Of a stretch of DNA of 64,000 bases, positions 10,118 to 19,416 are shown piece by piece. Origin of the DNA: Patescibacteria group bacterium (GTDB lineage Bacteria; Patescibacteriota; Patescibacteriia; UBA1558; GWA2-36-10); assembly GCA_041662585.1 (NCBI GenBank), contig JBAZSG010000001.1, positions 2,381-66,380 of the forward strand, written 5' to 3'. The notes under the pieces are model-generated. The model searched no databases. It saw nothing but the letters and a program-made list of their open reading frames with translations, and was not told the DNA's origin. Position numbers and translations under genes: made by a program. Position 1 is the stretch's first letter; the number at the start of each line of letters is the position of its first letter.

Positions 10118-10294
10118 TTACATTTGAAAAAATTCCAATAATTTGTAAATAAGAAAAGCTGGCCAGACTATAGCTTTTAAAAATCCAATGAGTCCAACGA
10201 CAAAAGAATCGGCGTGCTGAATATAATAAACAACTGCCCCGATAAATCCCAAACCATAAATAGCTCCACCAGCTCCACAAGTATTTTTTGACAT
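10118..10294 (-). CDS. 58-aa two-TM small membrane protein (not in the ORF track)
   Basis: MSKNTCGAGGAIYGLGFIGAVVYYIQHADSFVVGLIGFLKAIVWPAFLIYKLLEFFQM; ATG start; TGATATAAT promoter at 10327-10335. Confidence 0.8.
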   Translation of the reverse strand: MSKNTCGAGGAIYGLGFIGAVVYYIQHADSFVVGLIGFLKAIVWPAFLIYKLLEFFQM

Positions 10295-10420
10295 ATTTTT
10301 AATTAAATAATTATAAGCCTATCTGTATTATATCAAAAAAATAGCTTAAAAGACAGAATTTTATCAACTTTATTACTAATAAACACAAATTAACTATATA
10401 AATATAGCCTACAGTTAGTC

Positions 10421-10449
10421 TTTACAAAAATCACATAATATATTATTAT
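10421..10449 (+). promoter_or_regulatory. Promoter of the tRNA cluster
   Basis: TTTACA-17 nt-TATTAT, about 20 nt before tRNA-Ser. Confidence 0.5.
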
Positions 10450-10468
10450 ATAGCAGTCTTAATATTGT

Positions 10469-10556
10469 GGAGAGTTGGCAGAGCGGTCGAATGCGGCGGT
10501 CTTGAAAACCGTTGAGCTGAAAGGCTCCGAGGGTTCGAATCCTTCACTCTCCGCCA
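10469..10556 (+). tRNA. tRNA-Ser(TGA)
   Basis: Acceptor GGAGAGT/ACTCTCC, anticodon arm GCGGT-CTTGAAA-ACCGT, long variable arm, TTCGAAT loop, G73, encoded CCA. Confidence 0.97.
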
Positions 10557-10632
10557 GTCCTCGTAGCTCAGTGGATAGAGCGTTTGGTTGCGGACCAAAA
10601 GGCCGCAGGTCCGATTCCTGCCGGGGACACCA
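10557..10632 (+). tRNA. tRNA-Arg(GCG)
   Basis: GTCCTCG/CGGGGAC acceptor, D-arm GCTC/GAGC with A20, anticodon arm TTTGG-TTGCGGA-CCAAA, T-arm GCAGG-TCCGATT-CCTGC, CCA. Confidence 0.93.
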
Positions 10633-10657
10633 TTAAAGACTTATTTTGTATTTATAT

Positions 10658-10747
10658 GGAGAGGTGCCTGAGTGGTTGAAAGGGGCACCCTGCTAAGGTG
10701 TTATTCGGGAAACCGGATCGAGGGTTCGAATCCCTCCCTCTCCGCCA
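10658..10747 (+). tRNA. tRNA-Ser(GCT)
   Basis: GGAGAGG/CCTCTCC acceptor, GCACC-CTGCTAA-GGTGT anticodon arm, long variable arm, TTCGAAT, GCCA end. Confidence 0.97.
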
Positions 10748-10792
10748 GATAATAAACCCTTTATTTCAGGGATTTTTTGTTTATCAAAAATA

Positions 10793-10801
10793 TGCTATAA
10801 T
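10793..10801 (+). promoter_or_regulatory. Extended -10 promoter TGCTATAAT
   Basis: Perfect TGnTATAAT about 25 nt upstream of ATG 10826. Confidence 0.55.
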
Positions 10802-10825
10802 AAAAATGCTTAGAAATATAAAAAT

Positions 10826-11377
10826 ATGCCAAAAAATACAAAAAAAGAAGCTAACAAAAATGAAAATTTGGAGTCCGAAAAGGCAGAAAATATTGATGAT
10901 AGTGATTATGGTAAAGTTTTTGCTGCTTGGGAATTTCCCGAATTTATAAAGCATGAAAGAGGCAAAATATGGTATGCCAGTTTTACAATAGTCTTTTTGG
11001 CCCTGTTGATTTATGCTTATTTTTCTGACAATCTATTGTTTGCTATTATCTTGGTAATTTTTGCTGTCCTCTATCTCACTTCTGCCAAAAACGATCCTCT
11101 TACTGTAGAAACGGCTATTACAGAAGGTGGTATATTTATTAATAACAAATTTATACCTTATGAAGATTTTGCTAACTTCTATATTATCTATTATCCTCCT
11201 GAAATAAAAAATCTTTACCTTGAACCAAAAAGTATTATCAAACATACAATAGTCATTCCTCTAGAAGATCAAAATCCAATACATTTACGAGAAATACTTT
11301 TAACTTACCTGGATGAAGACTTAGAAAAAGAAGAAATTCCAGCCAACGAAGGCATATCAAGAATACTAAAATTATAA
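10826..11377 (+). CDS. Hypothetical membrane protein (2 TM plus a possible PH-like C-terminal domain)
   Basis: 183-aa ORF with WEFPEFIKHERGKIWY followed by two hydrophobic helices and a soluble domain. Confidence 0.8.
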   Translation: MPKNTKKEANKNENLESEKAENIDDSDYGKVFAAWEFPEFIKHERGKIWYASFTIVFLALLIYAYFSDNLLFAIILVIFAVLYLTSAKNDPLTVETAITEGGIFINNKFIPYEDFANFYIIYYPPEIKNLYLEPKSIIKHTIVIPLEDQNPIHLREILLTYLDEDLEKEEIPANEGISRILKL

Positions 11378-11400
11378 ACCAAAAAATAAGCAAATACCTT

Positions 11401-11427
11401 TAAGCTGGACCCTATAAGTCCAGCTTA
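11401..11427. terminator. Intergenic hairpin (possible terminator or processing site)
   Basis: TAAGCTGGAC-cctataa-GTCCAGCTTA perfect 10-bp stem; no clear U-tract. Confidence 0.5.
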
Positions 11428-11441
11428 TTAAAACATAGCAA

Positions 11442-13571
11442 ATGTCTATAAAAACTTTAAACTTGGATTTGGATATTAAAAAATTGCATAATATTGCCAA
11501 TAAGCTGGCTTCTGATTTAAAAAAAATAAATATAAATACTGTCGGTGACCTGCTCTGGTACTTTCCTCATCGCTATGATGATTTGAGTGAAATAAAACAA
11601 ATCAAAGATATTGCTGAAAATGAAATAAATACAGTGAGAGTCAAGATTACAAATCTAAAAACCTATCGTGCTTGGCGAGCCAAGATGACTATCACTGAAC
11701 TCACAGGAGAAGATGCCAGTGGTCAAGTAGAAGCTATCTGGTTTAGACAAAAATTTGTAGCGCAAATACTAAAAATTGGTGATGAAATATATCTCAGTGG
11801 TAAAGTAAAAAGGAAAAAAGATATTTGGCAATTTGTCAGTCCTAGCTATGAAAAAGAAAAAATAGATCCTATCCATAGTGGTCGTCTAGTGCCTATTTAT
11901 CATCTCAGTGGTAAGCTCACTCAAAAACAATTGCGTTTTTTGATAAATAAGGCGCTCAAAGAAGTAGTCTCTATCAATGATCCTCTGCCAGTAGAAATAT
12001 TAAATAAAGAAAAATATCCATGGCTCCAAAATTCTCTAGAACAAATTCATTTTCCCACAGATAAAACTACTCTAAAAGCAGCTAGTCAAAGACTGAAATT
12101 TCAAGAATTGTTTTATCTACAAATAAAATATCAGCTAGCCAAACAAGACTACCAAACTCAAGCTACTTACAAAATAGCCCTAGATAATAAACTGATAAAC
12201 CAACTACTAAAAAGCCTGCCTTTTAAGCTAACCTTAGACCAACAAAAAGCCCTCTATGATGTCTTGGCTGATCTAAACAAAGATATACCTATGAATAGAC
12301 TAATAGAAGGAGATGTGGGCTCTGGTAAAACAATAGTAGCTATTTTGGCTGCTCTAAACACCATGGCTAGTGACTTACAAGTGGCTCTGATGGCTCCAAC
12401 CGAAATACTAGCTAGTCAACATTTTGCCAATATCAAAACTATACTACCCTCCAAATATCTATCAAGCATAGCCTTGCTGACTAGAAGCAAACAAGAACTA
12501 GGCAATGAAGCAAAAATCAGCAAAAAAATATTGAGTCAAAAAATAGCCAATAACTCTATAAAATTTGTGATTGGTACTCATAGTCTAATTCAAGATAAAA
12601 TATATTTTAAAAAGTTGGCTTTGGTCATTATAGACGAGCAACATCGTTTTGGAGTCAAACAAAGAAAAGCTTTAAAAGACAAGGTGAATGGCGAAGCCAG
12701 AGAAGGTGGCCTGGGCCACAAAAATAATCCGCCAGCTGGCGGAAATAAAGTCCCTCATCTATTATCTATGACTGCCACTCCTATCCCTCGCACTCTAGCT
12801 CTCACTTTGTATGGTGATCTAGATATATCACTCATCAAAGAAAAGCCAGCTGGTCGTCAAGCTATAAAAACTTTTTTGGTGCCTGATCAAAAAAGACAAG
12901 CTGCTTACAAATTTGTGCTTGAAAAAATAAAAAACAAAGAACAAGTTTTTGTGATTTGTCCTTTGATTGATGACAGTGATAAACTGGGTGTCAAATCCGT
13001 CACAGCTGAATACAAAAAATTGAATAAAGAAATATTTCCTGATTTGGAAATACGCATGCTACACGGCAAATTAAAATCAGAAGAAAAATCAAAAATAATG
13101 ACTGATTTTAAAGCCAATAAATTTCCTATTTTGGTAGCTACCTCGGTCATTGAGGTTGGTGTGGACATACCAAAGGCTACTATGATGATTATAGAAAGTG
13201 CTGAAAGATTTGGTCTTAGCCAGCTCCATCAATTTCGTGGTCGAATTGGACGCAACAAATTGGCTAGTTTTTGTCTACTCTTTACTAGTGATAATTCTCA
13301 AATCAATACTACCCGCCTACAAGCTCTCAGCAAAACAAACAATGGCTTTGAATTGGCTGATTTGGATTTAGAATTACGGGGAGCTGGTGAAATGTTTGGT
13401 AACCGTCAAACAGGCCTTATAAAACTAAAAATAGCCAAATTGTCAGAAACAAAGCTAATCAAAAAAGCCCAAAACTGGGCTCAGGATATATTGTCGGATA
13501 AAAAGTATTTGGCTAGACATGACTTGCAAGCCACTATCAAAGCTCTAAAAACTGAAACTCATTTAGAATAA
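11442..13571 (+). CDS. recG: ATP-dependent DNA helicase RecG
   Basis: Wedge/OB domain, GDVGSGKT, DEQHRFGV, MTATPIPRTL, QFRGRIGR, DLELRG motifs. Confidence 0.97.
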   Translation: MSIKTLNLDLDIKKLHNIANKLASDLKKININTVGDLLWYFPHRYDDLSEIKQIKDIAENEINTVRVKITNLKTYRAWRAKMTITELTGEDASGQVEAIWFRQKFVAQILKIGDEIYLSGKVKRKKDIWQFVSPSYEKEKIDPIHSGRLVPIYHLSGKLTQKQLRFLINKALKEVVSINDPLPVEILNKEKYPWLQNSLEQIHFPTDKTTLKAASQRLKFQELFYLQIKYQLAKQDYQTQATYKIALDNKLINQLLKSLPFKLTLDQQKALYDVLADLNKDIPMNRLIEGDVGSGKTIVAILAALNTMASDLQVALMAPTEILASQHFANIKTILPSKYLSSIALLTRSKQELGNEAKISKKILSQKIANNSIKFVIGTHSLIQDKIYFKKLALVIIDEQHRFGVKQRKALKDKVNGEAREGGLGHKNNPPAGGNKVPHLLSMTATPIPRTLALTLYGDLDISLIKEKPAGRQAIKTFLVPDQKRQAAYKFVLEKIKNKEQVFVICPLIDDSDKLGVKSVTAEYKKLNKEIFPDLEIRMLHGKLKSEEKSKIMTDFKANKFPILVATSVIEVGVDIPKATMMIIESAERFGLSQLHQFRGRIGRNKLASFCLLFTSDNSQINTTRLQALSKTNNGFELADLDLELRGAGEMFGNRQTGLIKLKIAKLSETKLIKKAQNWAQDILSDKKYLARHDLQATIKALKTETHLE
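12688..12743. repeat. In-frame GC-rich palindromic insertion within recG
   Basis: TGGC-GAA-GCCA, GTGGCC-TG-GGCCAC (12706-12719) and the perfect 16-bp palindrome TCCGCCAGCTGGCGGA (12728-12743), encoding the extra loop GEAREGGLGHKNNPPAGG. Confidence 0.7.
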
Positions 13572-13588
13572 AATTTAAAACTAGTTTA

Positions 13589-14479
13589 TTAAATTGCTGG
13601 TTGTGGAGTACCCCCTCCGCCACCTCCATAAACACCACCTCCATAAACTGGCTCCGTACACCCATCTGGATCCTCAGTTGCACCACCCAAATCATCATTG
13701 TCACAATCACAAGGATCTAATCTCTTATATTCTGCTGTAGAATAAAAACTACAAGAACAATTTCTCCCAACTGGAGACCAAGGGCAATCAATACATTCAT
13801 CAAATTCAAGATTATTATTAACTACTGACCCCTTAAATACTGGCGTGCAAGTATCATCAAAATCACCAACTCCTACCAACTTACAAACATCAAATCTGCA
13901 ACTAGTCTCGTCTTTATAATCTTCGCAATTTTCAACTATTTTGTCCTCGTCTACCACACCATTTTCATCAATACCTTTACAAAATGCTTCTTCTGCCTTA
14001 CTGAGTTCAACAGCTCTTAAAGCTGCTTCGGGTAACTTAATTGTCAAGCTTTGTATTGAATCAAAATCAGAACTAATCTGCCTGAGTAACAATTGTCCAC
14101 CAAACAACAATGCTAAACCAATCAAAACACTAGTAACCATATCTTTGGATTCATTTATTTTTTGAGCGTTGCCAGCGGCCATAAGCCAGCGCCAAGCAGC
14201 AATCACCAACATAAACATAGCTACAATACCGGCAAAGCCAGCACCATAAGTATAAATAGCCACAATATAAGAAGCCAAAAAATCACCACCATGGATAGTA
14301 TTTTCTCCAGCAAAATTGTAGCCATTTATTGTAATTGGTATTGGAACATTTGGCTTATATGTTATATCAACAAAATCTGGTAATCCCAAAGCATCTCCGA
14401 CCTGTGCATTTGCTACAATAGGTAGTATCACAAATAAAGTCACTAATAACCCCAGAATGATTGATTTTTTATTCTTCAT
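13589..14479 (-). CDS. TrbC/VirB2-like pilin-domain protein with a Cys-rich C-terminal extension
   Basis: Signal peptide, TM hairpin with IAAWRWLMAAGNAQKINESKDMVTSVLIGL typical of CPR T4SS pilins, then a Cys-rich tail. Confidence 0.7.
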   Translation of the reverse strand: MKNKKSIILGLLVTLFVILPIVANAQVGDALGLPDFVDITYKPNVPIPITINGYNFAGENTIHGGDFLASYIVAIYTYGAGFAGIVAMFMLVIAAWRWLMAAGNAQKINESKDMVTSVLIGLALLFGGQLLLRQISSDFDSIQSLTIKLPEAALRAVELSKAEEAFCKGIDENGVVDEDKIVENCEDYKDETSCRFDVCKLVGVGDFDDTCTPVFKGSVVNNNLEFDECIDCPWSPVGRNCSCSFYSTAEYKRLDPCDCDNDDLGGATEDPDGCTEPVYGGGVYGGGGGGTPQPAI

Positions 14480-14488
14480 AAAATTTGT

Positions 14489-15712
14489 TTATTTTAATCT
14501 AATGCTTTGTAAATTTCCATAACCATCTGTAAAATATAACAATGATCCATCAGGAGAGGTAAAAAGATTATAAGCCGTATAGGTACCACTATCACCGACT
14601 GGACTAGCAATCAAAGTCTTGGTTCCTGAATTTAAATTTACATAATAAAAATTATCTGGATAACGCTCAGCTATCTCTGGATAAAGACCAGCACCACGAG
14701 GCAGACCTTGTGGCACCGCACAATACATAGCATCTTCCCCAGCAAAAGTACATTTATCTGGCCAAGTAGCAATATTTAATGATACTTTTATATCCCCTAG
14801 TTCACTAGTACGCCCATTGGTCACCCAAATATTTGGATTATAATTTGTACTTTCACTATACACACTATAAACCATACTATTACCTTCTGGAGACCAATCA
14901 TACTCAAAACCAGCTCCATTGACTACAAAAGATTTGAAAGATTCACCGTGTAAACCAATAGGATAAATCTCTTGTCTTTGAGCATCAGCATACTTTCTAT
15001 TGATAATTGCTACTTGATTGTCCGGAGAAAAACCAACAAAAGTATTGTGTGATTGATCGCCTAGTGGTTCTATCAAAGACATACCCGAACCATCATCATT
15101 GGAAGTTATCAACCAATTGTCTTCGTCATTTTGACCGATCCATTTGGCAGCTATCTTACTATTGGAAGTATCAAAAGAAAAATCTTCCAACTCTTGAGGT
15201 AAAGTTACCTGTCTACCTGTTTTAAAATTGTATAAAATATTTGAACCATCAGGATATTCTAAAATAGCTTTTTCAGCATTATTGGCCCAAGTAACATTTT
15301 CAACTTGATAAAATAATTTATCACTCAATTCTTCAAGCTCTCCATTTTCATTGATACGATAAAATTTTTGGCTATTGGTATCATAATATTGCAAGCCACT
15401 TTGACTAGCTGTCAGCCCCTTTATTTCATTGTTTACCAATTCATTGACTCTGGTCAGACCTCCACTAGCTACATCTGAAACTTTGTCTTGGATATAATCT
15501 TGCCAAGGCAAGGATGTGTCATTGGTATTGGTATTATCAACATCAACAATAGATACATTGCCATTACCAATCCCTGGTAAATCACCGGCATTAAAATTGG
15601 CCGGTGGTACAATCGGTGCGCTAGGTTTAAAAAATACATAGTATAAAGCATAGCCTAGTCCAAACACCAAGATAATAAAAGCTATGACTGTAAAAATCTT
15701 TTTTTTATCCAT
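14489..15712 (-). CDS. Membrane-anchored beta-propeller (TolB-like) protein of the T4SS cluster
   Basis: N-terminal TM; repeated WSPEG/FSPDN/TSPDG blade motifs. Confidence 0.65.
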   Translation of the reverse strand: MDKKKIFTVIAFIILVFGLGYALYYVFFKPSAPIVPPANFNAGDLPGIGNGNVSIVDVDNTNTNDTSLPWQDYIQDKVSDVASGGLTRVNELVNNEIKGLTASQSGLQYYDTNSQKFYRINENGELEELSDKLFYQVENVTWANNAEKAILEYPDGSNILYNFKTGRQVTLPQELEDFSFDTSNSKIAAKWIGQNDEDNWLITSNDDGSGMSLIEPLGDQSHNTFVGFSPDNQVAIINRKYADAQRQEIYPIGLHGESFKSFVVNGAGFEYDWSPEGNSMVYSVYSESTNYNPNIWVTNGRTSELGDIKVSLNIATWPDKCTFAGEDAMYCAVPQGLPRGAGLYPEIAERYPDNFYYVNLNSGTKTLIASPVGDSGTYTAYNLFTSPDGSLLYFTDGYGNLQSIRLK

Positions 15713-15744
15713 ATTATATAATATATAAATTCATTTTTAGCTTA

Positions 15745-16209
15745 CTAATCAAACAAACTGGTGATAGTATCCCAAGCAAGATCTAGCCCAAAACCAATTG
15801 GATCAACTAAAATGGTCAATAAAGTCAAGGCTAATAATACAATTGCTGCCAACAAAACACCCAGTATCAACCAAAGAATCAACTCATACAATTCTAGCTT
15901 TGGTATCCACTTTGATCCCATAAGATTGCCACCAATAGCCTGTACAGTCCAAATACCAAAAGTAACCAATAATCCTACACCAGTAGCTCCAGCTCCCCAA
16001 GAAGCTGCTCTAACACTTACTTTTTTGGCCACTTCTTTGACTATCTTATCTCTCCATTCTTTACTGATTTTTTCTCTGGCCTGTCGTTTTATTTGCTCCA
16101 AATCTCTAGCAACAGCTTTGTTAGACGCCCCTTGTAAACTACCAAAGTCTTGCTCTTCTGGTGTTTCCTGAAAATCATCCTGATCTAATGTTGTATCTAG
16201 TGCTGGCAT
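15745..16209 (-). CDS. Hypothetical membrane protein of the T4SS cluster
   Basis: Charged N-terminal half and two hydrophobic segments; tightly packed in the operon. Confidence 0.7.
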   Translation of the reverse strand: MPALDTTLDQDDFQETPEEQDFGSLQGASNKAVARDLEQIKRQAREKISKEWRDKIVKEVAKKVSVRAASWGAGATGVGLLVTFGIWTVQAIGGNLMGSKWIPKLELYELILWLILGVLLAAIVLLALTLLTILVDPIGFGLDLAWDTITSLFD

Positions 16210-16218
16210 AAAATAAAA

Positions 16219-16773
16219 TTATTTCCAAATTACTTGGTCAACCAACCATTTATCATCTACTTTTAATAAATCTACTTGCGTTTCTTGATAATAAACATTT
16301 TCTTCCAGTTTGGCATTGGTTTCTATTTTTTGGGTATTTACTAATATCTGAGCACTAGTATCATCTATCACTATAATCTGGGCGCTAATACTCTTGGTCG
16401 TCACACCTCTAAATTCTTCAGCACCAAAATTGAGTTTTATATTTTTTAAATAATTTTGCATTTTAACAGTGCTAAGAGACAAGAGCTCACTTAGATTTGC
16501 TCCTTGATTGTCAGTAGACCAAGATCCAAATCTAGCGACATAAGACTTGGCCAAATTGATAGCGGAAAACTCCGTAGGATCCTCTCCAACTACTTTAGTT
16601 GGATCATATTGTAATACTGTGCTAGGTGGTGTAAAAACTGGTGGTGGTGTATTGGTATTTTCATTGACAATTGGAGACTGATCTGAAGTTCTAAGCACCC
16701 AAAGTAAAAAAGCCAAAAGCAGTATAACAATGACTATGGCCAATAATATTTTTTTCCTTTTGTCTTCTTCCAT
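16219..16773 (-). CDS. Bitopic protein with a possible NTF2-like (VirB8/TcpC-like) domain
   Basis: Single TM, Pro-rich linker, then helix plus beta strands ending LLKVDDKWLVDQV; directly downstream of virB4. The fold assignment is an inference. Confidence 0.55.
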   Translation of the reverse strand: MEEDKRKKILLAIVIVILLLAFLLWVLRTSDQSPIVNENTNTPPPVFTPPSTVLQYDPTKVVGEDPTEFSAINLAKSYVARFGSWSTDNQGANLSELLSLSTVKMQNYLKNIKLNFGAEEFRGVTTKSISAQIIVIDDTSAQILVNTQKIETNAKLEENVYYQETQVDLLKVDDKWLVDQVIWK

Positions 16774-16809
16774 ATTTTTGATTTATTAAATATTGAATTA
16801 AATATTTGT

Positions 16810-18720
16810 CTATGCTTTTTCTGCTTCGGCCATCATTTGTTCTTCAAATTCTTTTTTGGCTTCTTCTATCTCAATCAATTGTCTTGGATCAGAAGTAATG
16901 ATTTGATGTTCTGCATAAGATGCTTGAATCTTTATAGCTGCGTGTTTGGCTCCAGCAAAAAATATCCCCTCTCCCAAACCTGCTTCAAGTAAAAGATATT
17001 TTTCTCCTTCAGTCAACATAAATGTTTTTTGTACTAGATTGACTGCTGCTGGTGTTTGTTTTAAAAGTAATTGTAGAGCACAATTGGTCACAATAGCATT
17101 GCCATAAGTAGAGGTCAAAAAGTCATTGACATCTTGAGTAATGGTAGTAATACCCAAATAATATTTACGACAACGCTTGACCAAGGCATACATAAACTTG
17201 GCACTATCTTCATGTCGCATCATAATCCAAGCTTCATCAACTACTAGCATTCTACGTTTGAGCTCACTTCTGATAATATTCCAGATATAGTTCATGATCA
17301 TATACATAGCAATTGGACGGAGCTCATCTTCTACATCTCTAATACAAAATACTACCAATTGATTATCTACTTTTATATTAGTCGGACTATTAAACAAACC
17401 CGCAAAAGTACCTTCGGTATATTTTTTGATACGTAAAGCCATGTCTTCACCACCCTCCATACTGAGCAATACCTCTTCCAAATCTGACATAACAGGAGCT
17501 TCAATATTGGACAAGTCACTAGCCGCTGTAATATCTTTTTTGGCATAAGTTTCAAGTATTGCCCTATCCAACAAAGAATCTTCTGAATTGGTAATATCGC
17601 CAATCATCAAACGAATCAAACCCTTGAGAGTAATGATAGCACTACGAAGTATATCTTCTGGCTTACTCTCTCCTCCTACTCCTCTTGGCAAATCAAAAGG
17701 ATTGAGCTTGCTCTCAGAATTGAGAGATACATTGATATAAGCTCCACCAACAGATTCAGATAAATGTTGATATTCATTTTCTGGATCAATAATGATAACA
17801 TCTGCTCCCAACATCATAGAACGAAGTATCTCCAACTTGATAGCATAAGACTTACCAGCACCAGAAGTAGCAAAAACTACCATATTGGCATTTTGCAAAG
17901 AAAATCTATCAAACAATATCAAACTATTGTTGTGTCTATTGATGCCATACAAAATACCCTCATCAGAAGTCAGCTCTGATGATACAAAAGGAAATGATGA
18001 AGCAATTGGTGAAGAGTTCATGTTGGTAGAAATGGTGAGTTCGTCATTGCCCAAGGGAAGTGTAGAATTGAATCCTTGTTCAGATTGAAATAATGCCCGA
18101 CGAGAATAGATGAGTTGCATACCCAATAAATTTTCTATCCTATCCGTAGCCAAATCAAGTTCATCTTTGTCTTTGGCATAGATAGTTACATAAAGTGCAA
18201 ATTGAAAAAACTTTTCCGTGCCCTGACTGAGACCATCACGAAGAGCTTCTATATCTTGTAAAGCTGTTTCGGTAATTGGATCACGGGGAGCGCCTTTTTC
18301 ATGATCAGCTATAATCTGAGCCTGCATAGTACCTACTTTATTTTTCAATTGTTTCAGTACTATTTGAATATCCAATGGATAAAAAAACATCGAAATATCC
18401 AAAGTCAAACTTTCATTGATGATAGGAGCAAACCAACCAATGGTAACATAACGAGGATAAGTCATCACAAATAAAGTACGTACAAAAAGATTGTTTAATT
18501 GCAAAAATTTTGGATCTACTTTTAAGGAAGCTGGCGCTATAATATCTCTGACCGAAACAATGCCTTCTCGAAAGACCTTTTCAGCTTCAATCAATTGTTT
18601 ATCTCTGGATATTTGCTCTTCTGGAGATACTTTGGCTCTATCACTAGCCGACAATCTTTCTAGATCTTTATCTACCTTAGTTTCTTTTTGAGCTTGTTTT
18701 ATTTTATTAAAACCAAACAT
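16810..18720 (-). CDS. virB4: VirB4/TraC-family type IV secretion ATPase
   Basis: Walker A ATSGAGKS, IIDPENEY, LNPFD, Walker B VVDEAW, KRCRKY...ITQDV. Confidence 0.92.
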   Translation of the reverse strand: MFGFNKIKQAQKETKVDKDLERLSASDRAKVSPEEQISRDKQLIEAEKVFREGIVSVRDIIAPASLKVDPKFLQLNNLFVRTLFVMTYPRYVTIGWFAPIINESLTLDISMFFYPLDIQIVLKQLKNKVGTMQAQIIADHEKGAPRDPITETALQDIEALRDGLSQGTEKFFQFALYVTIYAKDKDELDLATDRIENLLGMQLIYSRRALFQSEQGFNSTLPLGNDELTISTNMNSSPIASSFPFVSSELTSDEGILYGINRHNNSLILFDRFSLQNANMVVFATSGAGKSYAIKLEILRSMMLGADVIIIDPENEYQHLSESVGGAYINVSLNSESKLNPFDLPRGVGGESKPEDILRSAIITLKGLIRLMIGDITNSEDSLLDRAILETYAKKDITAASDLSNIEAPVMSDLEEVLLSMEGGEDMALRIKKYTEGTFAGLFNSPTNIKVDNQLVVFCIRDVEDELRPIAMYMIMNYIWNIIRSELKRRMLVVDEAWIMMRHEDSAKFMYALVKRCRKYYLGITTITQDVNDFLTSTYGNAIVTNCALQLLLKQTPAAVNLVQKTFMLTEGEKYLLLEAGLGEGIFFAGAKHAAIKIQASYAEHQIITSDPRQLIEIEEAKKEFEEQMMAEAEKA

Positions 18721-19400
18721 TATGTTTCGATGGTTAATTTATTTATATTTTCCATTGGTTGTCTTTGAAACAAATCTGGATTATAACTATTATAATACAA
18801 TTCAATCAGAGCCTGTGTACTCAAACGTTGACTCCTGAGTCCTAAACTACCAAGTCCTGAGGCAATAAAATTGCATCTTTTTTCCAATTGAGCACTAAAT
18901 TCTTCAAAACGCTTACGTCCCAAAGTAACTACCTTGGCTGAAGAAAATACGGAAGCAAATCTACTCTTAAAGCCCTTTCGTTTGTCAGTGAGCGAACTAT
19001 AAGGAACTATGACATAAAATTTCTTGCTCATTATCTTTTCTAATGTAAGTAGCTCATTTACAAAGCCTCTATAATCAGCTGTTTGAATACGTAACAATTC
19101 ATTGGTCTGCTCTCGCTCCACTTTTTTTAATCTATCCATATAATCATCAATATTTAGTGGTCTAGAATGTATAACTACTTGTAATGGATAATCTAGGGTA
19201 TTTAAAAAATTTACATAATTGCCAATTATAGCCCGTTGTTCATCTTCTGATTTTAAATCAAAGTTTACAGAAGATACCAATAGTACTCCTCTCACTGTTC
19301 CATCATTTAAAACTACTAGATCATCCCTGATCTCAGCAATATCCAAATATTTTTGTGTCGAAGTCAATACTTTTTTTCCAGCCAATTTTTTATTTTTCAT
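18720..19400 (-). CDS. VirB4-associated protein (TraC-like N-terminal-type domain)
   Basis: STQKYLDIAEIRDD...SVNFDLKSEDEQ...FLNTLDYPLQ; TAATG overlap with virB4 indicates translational coupling. Confidence 0.75.
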   Translation of the reverse strand: MKNKKLAGKKVLTSTQKYLDIAEIRDDLVVLNDGTVRGVLLVSSVNFDLKSEDEQRAIIGNYVNFLNTLDYPLQVVIHSRPLNIDDYMDRLKKVEREQTNELLRIQTADYRGFVNELLTLEKIMSKKFYVIVPYSSLTDKRKGFKSRFASVFSSAKVVTLGRKRFEEFSAQLEKRCNFIASGLGSLGLRSQRLSTQALIELYYNSYNPDLFQRQPMENINKLTIET

Positions 19401-19416
19401 ACTACTTTATAATATA

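Noticed and set aside
10059-10280. 73-aa minus-strand ORF
   Set aside because: Wrong frame; the 10118..10294 ORF has an ATG, a promoter and a coherent TM pattern, and does not overlap comF
10698-10949. 83-aa ORF
   Set aside because: It starts inside tRNA-Ser(GCT) and overlaps the real 10826 gene out of frame
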